A DNA stretch of 60,194 nt, counting the filler, from Porpidia crustulata (Eukaryota): the NCBI GenBank assembly GCA_964255105.1. It is 8 parts of 8 records of this genome, joined end to end, with 100 filler letters (N's around TTAATTAATTAA, not from the genome) between each part and the next. Parts side by side here need not be neighbours in the genome. Positions count along the whole stretch, not along the records: positions 45,249 to 52,672 come from CAXUWE010001326.1; positions 52,773 to 60,194 come from CAXUWE010001327.1; 6 more parts are not named here. One strand, 5' to 3'. Within the stretch, counting starts at the first letter, position 1, and each line of letters starts with the position of its first letter. The notes below the pieces were generated by a model. The model did not search any database and was not told the DNA's origin. It was given only the letters and a program-made list of their open reading frames with translations. This document shows positions 48,844 to 60,194 of the stretch, in pieces. A program made the position numbers and the translations under genes.

Positions 48844-51504
48844 TCACTCAGGAGTCCTCCGAATGAAACCACTTTCAAAACTCTCGGCCTTAAATATGTT
48901 TGATGGCCTGTGACGAACGAGACGGCGCCCCTTCGAAGGAATATTCGAGCCGTGTGGTCCGCTGTGCTTGTAAGGGGTAAATTCCTCTGGAAACGTTATG
49001 GAATGGACCAGATTTTGGGCTACTCGGAATAAAGTAGTAAAGGATTCCTTATTGTAGTTGGTATCAATGTCTTCTGGTAGGCTCAAGAGAAGTTCTTCTC
49101 TTCTGCCACCCGTCCTACCTGCTTCAATGATGCTATACTGAATATCAGAACCCCTGAATTTGTCCTGGACGGATGACCTATGATTTAGACTCGCGAACGC
49201 GTAAGCTACCTGGATCTCGGAGTTGGATTCTCCAGGCAATTTTGCTGTTCTAACTGAAGGTTGAATGGCATATTCCGGGATCGAAATCGTGAGGCTTGCA
49301 GGTGTCTTAAGTCGATCTTGACCCCAGATATTGAAATTGCTCGCATCCACAAATTCGTGGATCCGCTGGTCTATCTGCTTTCCAGCAACAAAATAGGATT
49401 CAATCTTAAATCTGAGGTCCATGGGCGCACTGGGTAAAAGAAGGTCAGATTGTCTTCCAAGAATAGCGAGTCTGGCACTATGCAAAGAAGTTGTTTGGTT
49501 TTCCGTATCTATCGCGATTCGTATGTCAAAATCAGGTAAGTCTTTCGTGGCTATGTCTGGAGCCCCAATCACTTCTGATGGGGTCATTCTTATGATGAGT
49601 TGCTCATGCTGTTTCGAACTTCGTGACCTTGAATCCATATTAACCAAGAAACCACGTACCCCTGGAACAACGGTAAGAAATTCATGTGGACACTTGATAA
49701 TTTTATTGATGTCTGCCGAATCTGGTATGCTTTTGGGGTACAGGACCTGGCCGACGACTGCGGAGACCACAGTATACAGTTCACGGTTCCAAAAAGTATC
49801 AACAGCGGTCGATCCTTGCGGGATGATAGGTTGCCCCCTCTCTACGTTGTGTAAGAAATTAGAGATTGACTTAATCATTTCGGGAGATCTTGAAATTCTC
49901 CATATGGGAGTTGGTGTCCGCGCTGGAATAGGCGAAGAACTATTATCAAAGCGGTCGGGCTTAATGATTGCATTCCTTAACCTCATCCACTCCGTTGCTC
50001 TCTGGTTTAGAGGTAGACTGGTGCCCACTTCAACTGGACTACGGATCACCTGATCTACAGGGGAGGTCTCAGCCCAGTGGACCTGCGTCGTGATTCTTGA
50101 TGGAGGCTCCAACGCTTGAAGGACTAGCCTGCATACATCCTCCAGGTCACGGTCACTGGGGCCAAGGTAGTATATAATTAACTGGCTACTAATCAGCTTG
50201 AGTCAACCTACATAGCAATGTGTTACCTTTTTCAGATTGTCCTTGACCAGACTTGCTTCGGGCGTCCTAATTATGGTATTTGTGAGCTGCCCTGTTTGCT
50301 CCAGTAAAGTTTGGTTTAGCAGATGAGACAATTCCTTTGAGGTCCCCGAAGGAAGATCAAGCTCAACCTTCCTGACGGTCTCGAGTATGTATCGTAAAAG
50401 CTTCAACACATCGCTCGCAGTATCGTGGTCTGCAGAAATTCTCAGGATACCATTGGAGCGTGATGCTTCCACCTTCGCGGCATAAACCTCGGACAGCCGT
50501 TTGAGCACATCTCTTCCTGTATGATGTTAGCTCCCCATAAACTACTAAACACCTCTAGATTGCTCACTATGGTTGAGGAGAAGGTCCAAATGGTCTGGTT
50601 GTATCCATATGTCCACCTCGCCTGGTGTCTCTTTTTGTTGTTCGGTCTGTATACGCCAAAGCTGTCGTATAATCTTATCCGCGAGAACCTTCTTAAGAGG
50701 GCTCGTCTTCTTTATGACTACCGATTCTCTCAATTCTCTCACATGGTTTGAAAATTTGAGTGATCGCAGTCGATCCTGTGCAACATCGGGAAAAAGGGTC
50801 AAGCCAGGAATCCATGCAGATCGCTTGTACAGCTCTGAAGAAAAGTCATGGTCAATTTCCAAAGGGTCAGAAGAAGCACCAGGGCCTGCCTCGTCGAAAT
50901 AGTTTTGTAATTGAGCTGCAGTGAAACCATCCCGAAGATTCTGCGATAGTGTTTCAACCTCAGCGGGGCCGGGGGGACCAAAGCGGTCGCGTACGCTGGA
51001 TAGCCATGTATCCTTCAAGCTCTCTATGTTTGCGCGAACATCGTCCGCACTCAAAGTAGCCCTTTCGACCTCTATTGAGGCCAGTAACTCATCCGAGCTG
51101 AGCAGACTATCAGTCTCGGTACTCAATTCTCCATAGTTTCGGTATCTTGTTTTCTTGAAAGCTTGACGAAGCTCATTTCGTAGGAGGAGGACTTCTGCAG
51201 GTTGTCCAAGAGCGTCAACACCCAAGGGATCTTTGATGTGGAGATCTGCGTGCCTCCACCTGGAATGGGAAGGCGTTGAGTGTCTCAGTTTTCCATTATG
51301 AGAAATTTTTTCGGTATCCTCCACTCCAGAGTCACGCTGTTCGGTTCGTTCTTGTGCAACTTGGCCTGAGGTAAAGAATCGCGGTGGTAGAGATCCTCGC
51401 GCGTGGTTGATTCGTTTTATTCGAGGCGGCTTGTGGGTAGCTATACGGTGTTGGCATCTCAGACATATCGATAGGTTTTGGGTCGTAGGGAGGAGTGAGA
51501 ACAT
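48844..51504 (-). CDS. SLS1: Mitochondrial inner-membrane-bound regulator (SLS1-like), 3 exons
   Basis: Mitochondrial presequence with CLRCQ, LGVDALGQPAEVLLLR, L-DGFT--QL--Y, K--L---IIR-LW-I, DLLLPSAPMDLRF. Confidence 0.7.
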
Positions 51505-51833
51505 CTGCAGGAGCTTGTGGATAGGACTTTATTCAAGCCCAGAAACTTTTCGCTCCACATGGTCTTCGAGATATTTTGGCGGAATAGTTCCGCGCAAAAC
51601 TTGCCAACATACGTATGGTGGCGAACTACCAATCCTCGCATGCGCACTACCTCCTACTATCACAAGAAACATGTCTTCTCAGACCTAGTTTCATGCCACG
51701 ATCCATAACATGATCAAGAGGATGAATTCGATGGATCCAACTTGGGAAGCAAAACGCCGCGATGTCGCTCATGCATCAAATACGAAAGCCCGAGTGAGAC
51801 TTGCAGATCGGTAGACTTGTGGACAATTGTGCG

Positions 51834-52672
51834 ATGAATAAAGACAAAGACGTGCCAGCAACCCCGGGAACGATCGCTATCAATCTCCTTGCTCTTGCCG
51901 AAGCTCACGAGCAGCTCCAGCCTGCACCTGCAAGCTCTGGATCTAGTATCCTTGACGAAGCAGCGCTCGAGGGGGGATTGAGGTATGGGGAAATCACTTC
52001 GATAGCCGGGGCTAGTGGTATGGGAAAGAGTCTGGTAGGTTTTTCTATTGCCTGTGGACATGCCATTTTTACTGGTTCTGCTTTTGCTGATTCGGGAGGA
52101 AGATAGCTTTCCATGTCATCGCAAGCCACCTTATCAGTCACGACAAGAGCGAGGTAGCTTTGATCGACACCACGGGAACTTTTTCACCCCTGCGCTTGAG
52201 GGATATTCTAGCATCACGTCTACAGCAGCAGGCTAAGCGAGCCAAATATCAGGAAGCCGGGTATATGTACGAGAAAATCTCGCCGAAGAACGATATCGCT
52301 GAGCGCGAAGCTATCGATCAAGCTACGTCGATGCTCGACCGCGTCAAGGTCATGACAGTCTTTGACTTTGAAGGGATCATAGAGGCTATTGGAGAGGTTG
52401 GTGAGACGTGGGAGGAAGTGTCGCGGAGACGGGACAACACCAGAGAACGGGTAGCACAAAGCAGCGTGGCAGCGGACGGCATTGCGGATAGTGAGGACGA
52501 AGCCGGCGAAATGCTCGACGATTTGCCGACCTCAGAAACCGCAACCCACGAAGTGGATCAGCCCGCATTCCCCTCCAACGGGGCCGGCCAAATCGGCGTA
52601 ATAGTCATCGACACAATAACAAACGTCGTCTCATCCATGATGTCCCAATCTCAAACCCACGGTACCCCTTTC
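51834..52672 (+). CDS. RecA/Rad51-paralogue P-loop ATPase (RAD51D/Rad55-like), 3'-truncated
   Basis: SSGSSILDEAALEGGLRYGEITSIAGASGMGKS (Walker A), ALIDTTGTFSPLRL, LDRVKVMTVFD, VIVIDTI (Walker B). Confidence 0.8.
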
Positions 52673-52772
52673 NNNNNNNNNNNNNNNNNNNNNNNNNNNN
52701 NNNNNNNNNNNNNNNNTTAATTAATTAANNNNNNNNNNNNNNNNNNNNNNNNNNNNNNNNNNNNNNNNNNNN
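52673..52772. other. Artificial contig linker
   Basis: 44N+TTAATTAATTAA+44N. Confidence 0.98.
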
Positions 52773-52872
52773 ACGTATAGGTGGTGCGGGCGTTGCATTT
52801 CATGATGTTACTGCAGGGGAATCTTGTACAGCGATAGCTCAGTCACCGGGTTTATACCAACCTTCCATTCAT

Positions 52873-55188
52873 TTACTCCTCGTCTTCTTCTTCCTCATCG
52901 CCGTCATCATCGTCTTCTTCCTCCTCAGCCTCCTTCAACCACACGACGAATGCCTCTGCTAATCCCCTCACCTCTCCCAACTCTTCTTCTCGACTTCGCT
53001 CGTCATCCCACCACTGTAAAACTCCTTCCTCTTCTACAGCCTCCAAATCATACAGTTCCTTGGCGACACACAGCAGAGTCCGTCTGCCATTCTGTTTCCC
53101 AACTGCCTCCTTTTGCACAAGCATCAAGAAATCCACCTGATCGACCTTCTCATCTTCCTCCTTGTCAAATATCGTCCGTTCGGCAAGCTCCTTGTATTTT
53201 CTGAGCACTGTCTCCACCGCGTCTCGGACTTTCGCTTCTGTAGCTTCGGCGCCGCTTTCGTCTCCGATCAGACCCAATATGCGCTTCATCAAAGCGGCCA
53301 CAACAGCATGTCGTACCTCGCGCTGACTAGCGTCTTGGGCCATGCGATAGCCGTTGAGCTCGAGAAAAATATTCTCGGGTAGATCTCCTTTCTGAAGACC
53401 GTCAAAGATGCTGCCAGTTGCTTCAAGGTGGAAATCGCGGTTTTGCGTAGCGTTCTCTGATCCAGTGGAGACGAAGCTGCTGCGGCGCGAGTCGCCGGAA
53501 AGGGCTTCGTAGTCGAAATCGGAGTCACTAAAGGAGGATATGGAGGACAACGATTGCGACGCGGAAGGGTTGCGGCAGATTAGGTGGGAAGACATAGCGC
53601 TTGAGGTATCGGATTCGTCGTCGGATTCTGGAGAATAGGAGAAGCCTTCACCGCCTTTGCCCACGACAGCGGTATCGATCGTCGAGCGTTTGTTTGCTGA
53701 GTTTTGCTTTGCTCGAGTAATCCTGCTTGTCCCGGGAATAATTGTACTATCTGCTATCCGAACCCCGAAGGAGATCAATGCACCCGGTTCTACTCGACAG
53801 CTATTGCTTATAACAGCCTCATCTGCAATGATTGCTTGCTTGACTATTGATCCATCTCCTATTGTGACATTGTTCCAGATGTAGGAGCCTTCTATAACGA
53901 CATTTTTCCCAATCTTACAATTTCTTCCTATCACACTACTTCCCACAAGACTTCCTTCCCCAATGACTGTCTCACGACCCAGTACGCTCCTGCTCTTCAC
54001 TACACTCCCTCGCGCGAGCCTAACAGATTCCTCTTCATAGACCTTGCCTCTACCAAACCGGTAGCTTTGTCCACGGGCAAGATTACTATCGGGACATAGT
54101 GGGTATGTCCATCGGTTGGTCACGTCTTTGGTGATTGCGTCATATGCCCTCAAGCTCTTCACACGTGCTGCGTATTGATCAGCTACTATGTATGTATGAA
54201 TTGTCTTCCCGTTCAATTCGTAGTCCTTTAGCACATCTGATAGGAAGCTCTTCCTTAAAGATTGATAGTCGAAATTGTCACTCCAGAGGCCGAGCACGTC
54301 TAGAGAGCAGATGTCTATCGAACAATCTATCAGGTCTTCTCGGACTTCGAGTTCTCCATGAGAGGTGAGTATTTCGGGGGCGAGCATAACATATTTGCCA
54401 TTCTCTCTATTGTGGCCCATCTCCTCGTAATGTAGACATCTGTCCCTGCTGGGATCTATAACAAAGACTGGCTGTCTTCCCGTGCTCTTCGTTCGATGTC
54501 GAATCCCAGCTTCTCTTAAGACCATTGTCATGATAGCATTCTTATCCTTCTCTCGGCGAGCTCGGTGTCTGGCTAGAGCCGGTTCAAGGGAAAGGTTCGA
54601 GACAACATCGCCCGAGACGACCAGGAAGTCTCCCGTGATGAGATCGCGGTTGTCAAGGTCGCGCATGCAATCGCCCACGGAGCTTGCAGAGGATTTGAGA
54701 AGCGCCAACGAACGAAACGGGGAGGTGGATCGTTTCCATTTTGAGGCGCTGATAGTGGAGGCATTTATTTAGCAAAACGACATGCCGAGCATCGGACGAC
54801 ATGGAGATTCTTTACTTTATGTAGGTCTCAACCTGTTCAGTATGAAGACCGCAATATATGAAAATGTCCTGAACGCCGGCATTGGCGAGGAATTCGAGGG
54901 TATATTCAATCAACGGGGTGTTTGCTAGCGGTAGTAAGCACTAGATTGAGGTATCAGTAGATTCCTTATCGGAGCTCAAGCGGTGGGGCAGAGACGCACT
55001 CTGGGCCTTTCCAATGTAAATGGTTTGAAGCGTGTTTCAAAAGAATCGGCGAGAACCTGCGTGGTGTCAATATGTGCTATCAGCCACAGACCGGTTGTTC
55101 CACTCACGACTGCTTGCAGGGAGTCTTCCCTCTGCTCATCTTGGGGCTTTTGCTTAGTCTTGACAGCTTTGGCATTCTTGGGCGCCAT
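52873..55188 (-). CDS. GCD6: Translation initiation factor eIF2B epsilon subunit
   Basis: LQAV|VLADSFETRFKPFTLERPR|CLLPLANTPLIEYTLEFLA, GDCMRDLD, left-handed beta-helix hexapeptide repeats, W2 domain (EEEGVLQWW, WLKEAEEE). Confidence 0.96.
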
Positions 55189-55781
55189 GCCGGTGGCCTC
55201 GTAGGGCTTATTTGTAGAACGTTGGAATCTAGATGGGTCCCGACCGCACAGCTTGCGTCGGTTGTTGGAAACTTAACGAGCGATGCGGTGCGTCCAAAGT
55301 CTAGATTGTCACAATTCACAAATAGACCACCAAAAGTCTAGAATCACGGAACGAGAAGCGTAAATTGACCTCACCCGAATATCATACCTTCTGATTGACT
55401 CAATATAATCAATCGAGCGATATTGATGGATAATTATAGGTTCATTGTATATATAGCGATGTGCTCCAGTTACTTATAGATAGTACATTGTCCATTCAGG
55501 AATTTGTAACTCCTCCCAATTGTGAACTGATACTCAACCAATCCCTGTGTCCACCAACCCAGTGCGCTGTGATGTCCCAGTCGGCGACGTGCATACGCCA
55601 AATCGAGAAACACCTTGCAATGAAGAACACGCTGTAAGACTCCTATGGATTCTCGTGATGTGATGGCAAGATCTTCTGGAATATTTCACCCATCAGGCCT
55701 GTGGATCCTATTATGACTCGAAGATGGATTGATGATGGAGATGGATATGTAACAACAAAAATGCTCAAAGAGAGATTTCAT

Positions 55782-58005
55782 TCAGCCCGGCCTGCCTCGC
55801 TGCATCTGATTTAACGGCAGGGCATTAGTCTGAGTATACAACCGTTGTCGCTTCGGGTCGTTGGCAAGGTCATCCGCTCCTGCTAGTTCCGAGATCTGCC
55901 TTCGGTGCGGCTGCTGTGGCCGCGGACCACCTAGAGGAGTATGAGGTGGCTGATACTGCATCGGAATTTGCTCCATCCCATACGACGGTGGCACGTTGAT
56001 CGGTTGCATGTAGGTATTTGGAGGTCCACTGTGAGTGGGTGAGATCCCGGAAAAGTGCCCCGGCGACTGCCAATTCGAAATCGTGGACGGTGACTGATTC
56101 GGAGAGCTCTCATCCTTGAGGGAATGGCCGGCTGAGTGCTGAGGCATTGGCTGCGGTACCATGGCTTCCATGCCTTCGGGCATCTTCTTCAGATGACCAA
56201 GATGTTTCTCAAGCATGTGCAGAAGGCCTTCCTTGGTGAATGGTTTAGGAAGTACATCATTCATGCCTGCATTGATTAGAACGTGCACATTTAAGAGAGA
56301 TGGATGACCTTACCGTGATGGAAGTACATGGAGATGTCGTCACTTCGGATGTTTGAAGTCATGGCAATGATAGGGGTATGGTCGAATTGTCTGATCAGGT
56401 GGCATGCTGACACGCCGTCCAGGTTCGGCATAATAATGTCCATCAAGACTAAATCGTATTTCGATCCTGCATTCATCTTATTGACAGCTTCCAAGCCGTC
56501 GAACTAGCAAAGTCAGTTATACAACAGCATAGTGGTTGTGGGTAGACTTACCGCACTATCTATTGCACAATGAAATGAATACAAGAATTTGCTTCCGATC
56601 CTTCTACATGTTGGGTCGTCTTCGACAAGCAGGATCTGCGGAGACCGAATCCATCCTGGATCAACTTGCTGACTTTTCTTGCGAGTGTCAAGTTGAGGTC
56701 TTCGAGCGCCTGGCACGTCGTCATCTTTCGATGGCATCGGGTAGGGAATATTGTGAATGTGTTCGCTATACATTGGATCGATGCCGTTGTTGTGTCCGAC
56801 TGGATAGACAACAGCGTCCGGTTCGCCATGGCCATGTAACTTAGCGTAGCCCATGGAGGAACTCGAACCGGCGGAAGTTGGCGCCCTAGGATGACTACGT
56901 GTTGCGGAATCGGGAGGTGGAGTTGACATGGTTCCATTGGCACGGTGATGCAGATCCGACATATGCTCGAGGTTCTTATAATTCAACTGGACATCCGCGT
57001 TGAGATCACTCAATAACTTGGAGGCGTTTTGCAGCGGTGATGCCGGTTCGTCTTCCAGGGGAGTGATTTGCTGGTGCGAAGAGTCGAGCGCTGCCGACGG
57101 TGCACTGGCCTCCTCCGCATGTGCGTATGGTCCCCCGATCTTGCTGTCTCGGCGTTGTCGTGCATCCACCTGGTGCAGGAAACTCATCACGTTCTGCATT
57201 ACATGCTCGTGGTTGACCACAGTCTTTTGAACGCCAATGAGTTCCTGCACCAGCATCGAATGGTGCATGCTCATCTCGTTGTAGCGCTCCTGCAGCTGCT
57301 GGAGTTGTTGCTGCGTCGCTACCAGTTGGGTATTGACCAAGTCCATCTGCTGGGTCGGCAACGCTTCGTCCGCGACCTGGGTTGGTTTTCGCGGCGCCGG
57401 GGCTTTTCGGCGAATGTTGTCCAGGGATTCTTTGTTGTTGGCCTTGAACTCGGGATGCTTGAATTCCCACGCCTGTCTCGTTCAGTTTTGCGGGTACCGA
57501 AGCGCGCGAGGTCTCAACTTACCCCGGAGCCGTATGGCGACTGCCCGCTTTCCTCATTGTTGTGTCGCACCTTGTGGAAATCATACTTGTTCAATTGGCG
57601 GACGAAGCTGGCAAAGTTGCTATGCTTGAAGTGTTTTGGAAGAATGGCCTTGGTAAACCTCTCATTCTACGAGCAGCGTCAGATCCTGGCGTTCTCCGAC
57701 GATGATTGTTCTCAGTACCTCCAGCACCACGAAGCTGTCTCCTTCATCACCCCACCGCACCACTTGGGAATATGTTGGGTCTTCGAGCATTCTTCGACCA
57801 CGGTCAGCGTGCACTTCGGCACTACGGTGGAAGACTTGGTGGAACACGTCGGATACATACTTGTACAGTTTTCGCACCTGGACAAATATCATTAGCCTTT
57901 CTTCCTTTCATCCTTTCCGTCCGAACTGTCAGGGTGAGGCGTGCCACTCACAAAGTCACTCGAACTATTCGTGCCCACGGCACCGACACCTTGACTCCCG
58001 TCCAT
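55782..58005 (-). CDS. SKN7: Stress response regulator Skn7/Prr1/SrrA (HSF DNA-binding domain plus receiver domain)
   Basis: SSDF|VRKLYK|MLEDP...VVRW...[26 protein letters not shown], coiled coil, receiver ILLVEDD...[15 protein letters not shown]...AMT...[10 protein letters not shown]. Confidence 0.95.
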
Positions 58006-58268
58006 CTTATCGTCGATGCGCATCGAAAGCGCAATGTCCTCAGCGACCGGTGCAGCGATGGGTTGTGGGTACGGCGAGAGCAAGAATAATTGCAGCGACG
58101 CAGATACCGAGAAGGTGATAGCGCGGAGGGGGGGAAGGCCGCACTTCTTTACGCCTGCGCCGAAGATGGGGTAAAATTGATTTCCACCGAATGATTTCGA
58201 CTACGGAGTGCTACGACTTTTACCGTCAGCTTTGGCGCGAGTCAGATAGCATCGGCCCCTAGGCTTGA

Positions 58269-58461
58269 TATGATGATACATGATGATACATGATAATACA
58301 TGATAATAATAATAGTAATTCAGATAGGGCAAAATAAGGTACACGGGAGTCTGCCAATCTGGTCAGGGTCTTGAGGACACAGGCAATAATTTCTCTCTCT
58401 TTTTTTCTGTTTCTCTCTTTCGCTCTCTCTCTCACTCTCTCTCTCTCTTCCTCGTTTCTCT
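58269..58461. repeat. Simple repeats in the SKN7 upstream region: CATGATGATA-like tandem 10-mers and a (CT)n/pyrimidine tract
   Basis: atatgatgatacatgatgatacatgataatacatgataata followed by a CT-rich tract 58392-58461. Confidence 0.7.
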
Positions 58462-59434
58462 CCCCTGATCTTTTTCCGCCTGCCAATTCCTTCGGTCGAA
58501 GATTGCGGTTCCATCACTAATAAGCGAGAACGCCGTCTGCAGACCCCCTGTCCCAGATCTACTCCCTACTTACGTACTTACGGGTACTAATTACACCGGA
58601 CGGAATCATACTTTATTTACTTTATTTACTGTATTTCGTTCTATTACCATTTACCTCGCACGCCTCGTCAGCTCTATCCAGTACGGCATTAACCATTATC
58701 ATAATCATAATGGCAGTACCATGGTAACCTAATCTCGAGGCATCGCACGGCAACTGGAGTGTTTCCGTACATGGGTTACATGCATACTCTACTTTCCCCC
58801 ACCGTCCCGCTGCTGAGGTATCCAGTCGGATGGCAGCAGCCTACAGGGCAAAGAGGGCGCATCGTGCAGATTCGTCCTCTTCTGAAGGGCGCTGGTGCAG
58901 GGTGACGGTACTAGGGTGGCGACATGACTGGGTATCCAATTTCGGGAGGGCCATCAATTCGATCTGCTGCATGTTGACCCTGTCGACCTTAAGTTGTCTA
59001 AATCACATTCAAGCTTACATAGTACTCGACCTCTTACCCTGACCCGACAAGACCAATCGCCTATCTGGCCATCTCACGTAGTACGACAAGTCCCCTGTGA
59101 AAATCTGCACGAAGCTGCAAGAGCTGCACCGTACCAGAATCTAACCCGCCTTGACTTTGTACGACAGATTTCCTACTCAAGCTAGATCAATTCGTACACT
59201 AAAAGCAGTCGCTGTCCTTTCTAGGACAAGTTCTTTCTACTAAGCAACCCTTGACCACATCGATCAATCAAAGTCTTCGCCGCTGATCCCTTCGACCCTA
59301 AAAGATCCCCCCGCCATGCCCAAATCGTAGGAAACACCTCCGTACCTTAGCTTCAACGACCTAATAATTCGCACACGCCAAACCTCACCAATACTTCCTT
59401 CTCAGCTGCCAAGTCGTCGTGCCACCGCCGCCCC

Positions 59435-60194
59435 ATGATGCTGCCAGCTCGAGCCTGCCGATTCGCATGTCGCCTGCCCAACAGCGTGGCCCGGGCGTCC
59501 TTTCATCAAACCGCGCCGGTACACGTCAAAGTAGGCGACCGCGTTCCCGATCTGGACGCGCTGCTGGAGAATTCGCCCGGGAACAGAGTCAACCTGTCAA
59601 AGGCGCTCGCCACCGGCAAGGGGCTGGTCATTGGCGTTCCTGCAGCGTTCAGTACGTGCGTCTCGGAGTGCCAGGCTATCGGATTTCCAGTCTTCCGAAT
59701 TTCCCTTTCCCTTCATGTCTCTGTCAGCCCTTGTCGCGTGCCTAGTCGTCTCCCCGTTTGAGCCATGATCCAATTTGTCAATTTCGATCCATACCCATGA
59801 CCTCAACTCTCCATTGATTGCGCCACAACCCGTCGAATGATAATTCGAAGCTTATGTCAACCACGATCCCTTTTGAACATTAGTTTGGTACACACTCACT
59901 ACAGTCTCTAGTCATCTCAGTCACAATTTACCACTAAGCACTTTTTATGAACATATAGACAAATCGCTGATGTAAACTCCTAGGTCCATCCTGCTCCGCA
60001 ATCCACATACCAGAATACATCCAGAGCCCCAAACTGAAATCCGCCGGCCAAGTCTTTGTCGTTTCCGTCAATGATCCCTTCGTGTCAGCATCTCCTTTCC
60101 ATTTTCCACTTCACTCTCGCTCTCCTAGCTCAACATATCGTCCCGTCCTAAATCCACCCTATTTCCTTCCTTCCATCCTCCGACTCCATAACCA
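59435..60194 (+). CDS. Peroxiredoxin, Prx5/AHP1/PMP20 (redoxin) family, probably mitochondrial; 3'-truncated
   Basis: Arg-rich presequence, VKVGDRVP, GLVIGVPAAFS|PSCSAIHIPEYI (peroxidatic Cys), VFVVSVNDPFV. Confidence 0.92.

Noticed and set aside
7449..52772. TTAATTAATTAA palindrome recurring every ~7.5 kb, resembling a periodic element or array
   Set aside because: Always embedded in 44N flanks; it is a six-frame-stop assembly linker
59652..59983. Unusually long peroxiredoxin intron as a possible snoRNA host
   Set aside because: No canonical C box (RUGAUGA) with terminal stem; the CTGA present is best explained as the branch site

Overview
Genomic DNA of a filamentous ascomycete (Pezizomycotina-type intron-containing genes; the exact taxon cannot be read from the sequence). 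The window is not a continuous locus. It is eight contigs joined by identical 100-bp artificial linkers (44N-TTAATTAATTAA-44N) and sorted by non-increasing length (7448, 7446, 7442, 7441, 7441, 7430, 7424, 7422 bp), so adjacency is meaningful only within a contig. Housekeeping genes: MTR10, SmE, FAU1, ROT1, arg-2/CPA1 with a spliced arginine-attenuator uORF, TSR2, SLS1-like, a RAD51 paralogue, eIF2B-epsilon, SKN7 and a Prx5-type peroxiredoxin. Accessory content: an SDR pseudogene/Zn2Cys6 TF/GST module, GH43, an F-box protein, AKR, GT61, a lipase/esterase, two other TFs, two single-pass surface proteins, two MITE-like elements and two repeat ends at contig edges. The best candidate for an undescribed system is in contig 2: a HET-domain gene with intact motifs lies head-to-head (342 bp apart) with a gene encoding two degenerate HET-like domains that carries one in-frame TAG. 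This suggests an effector/decoy or toxin/antidote-like allorecognition pair, which is inference and untested.
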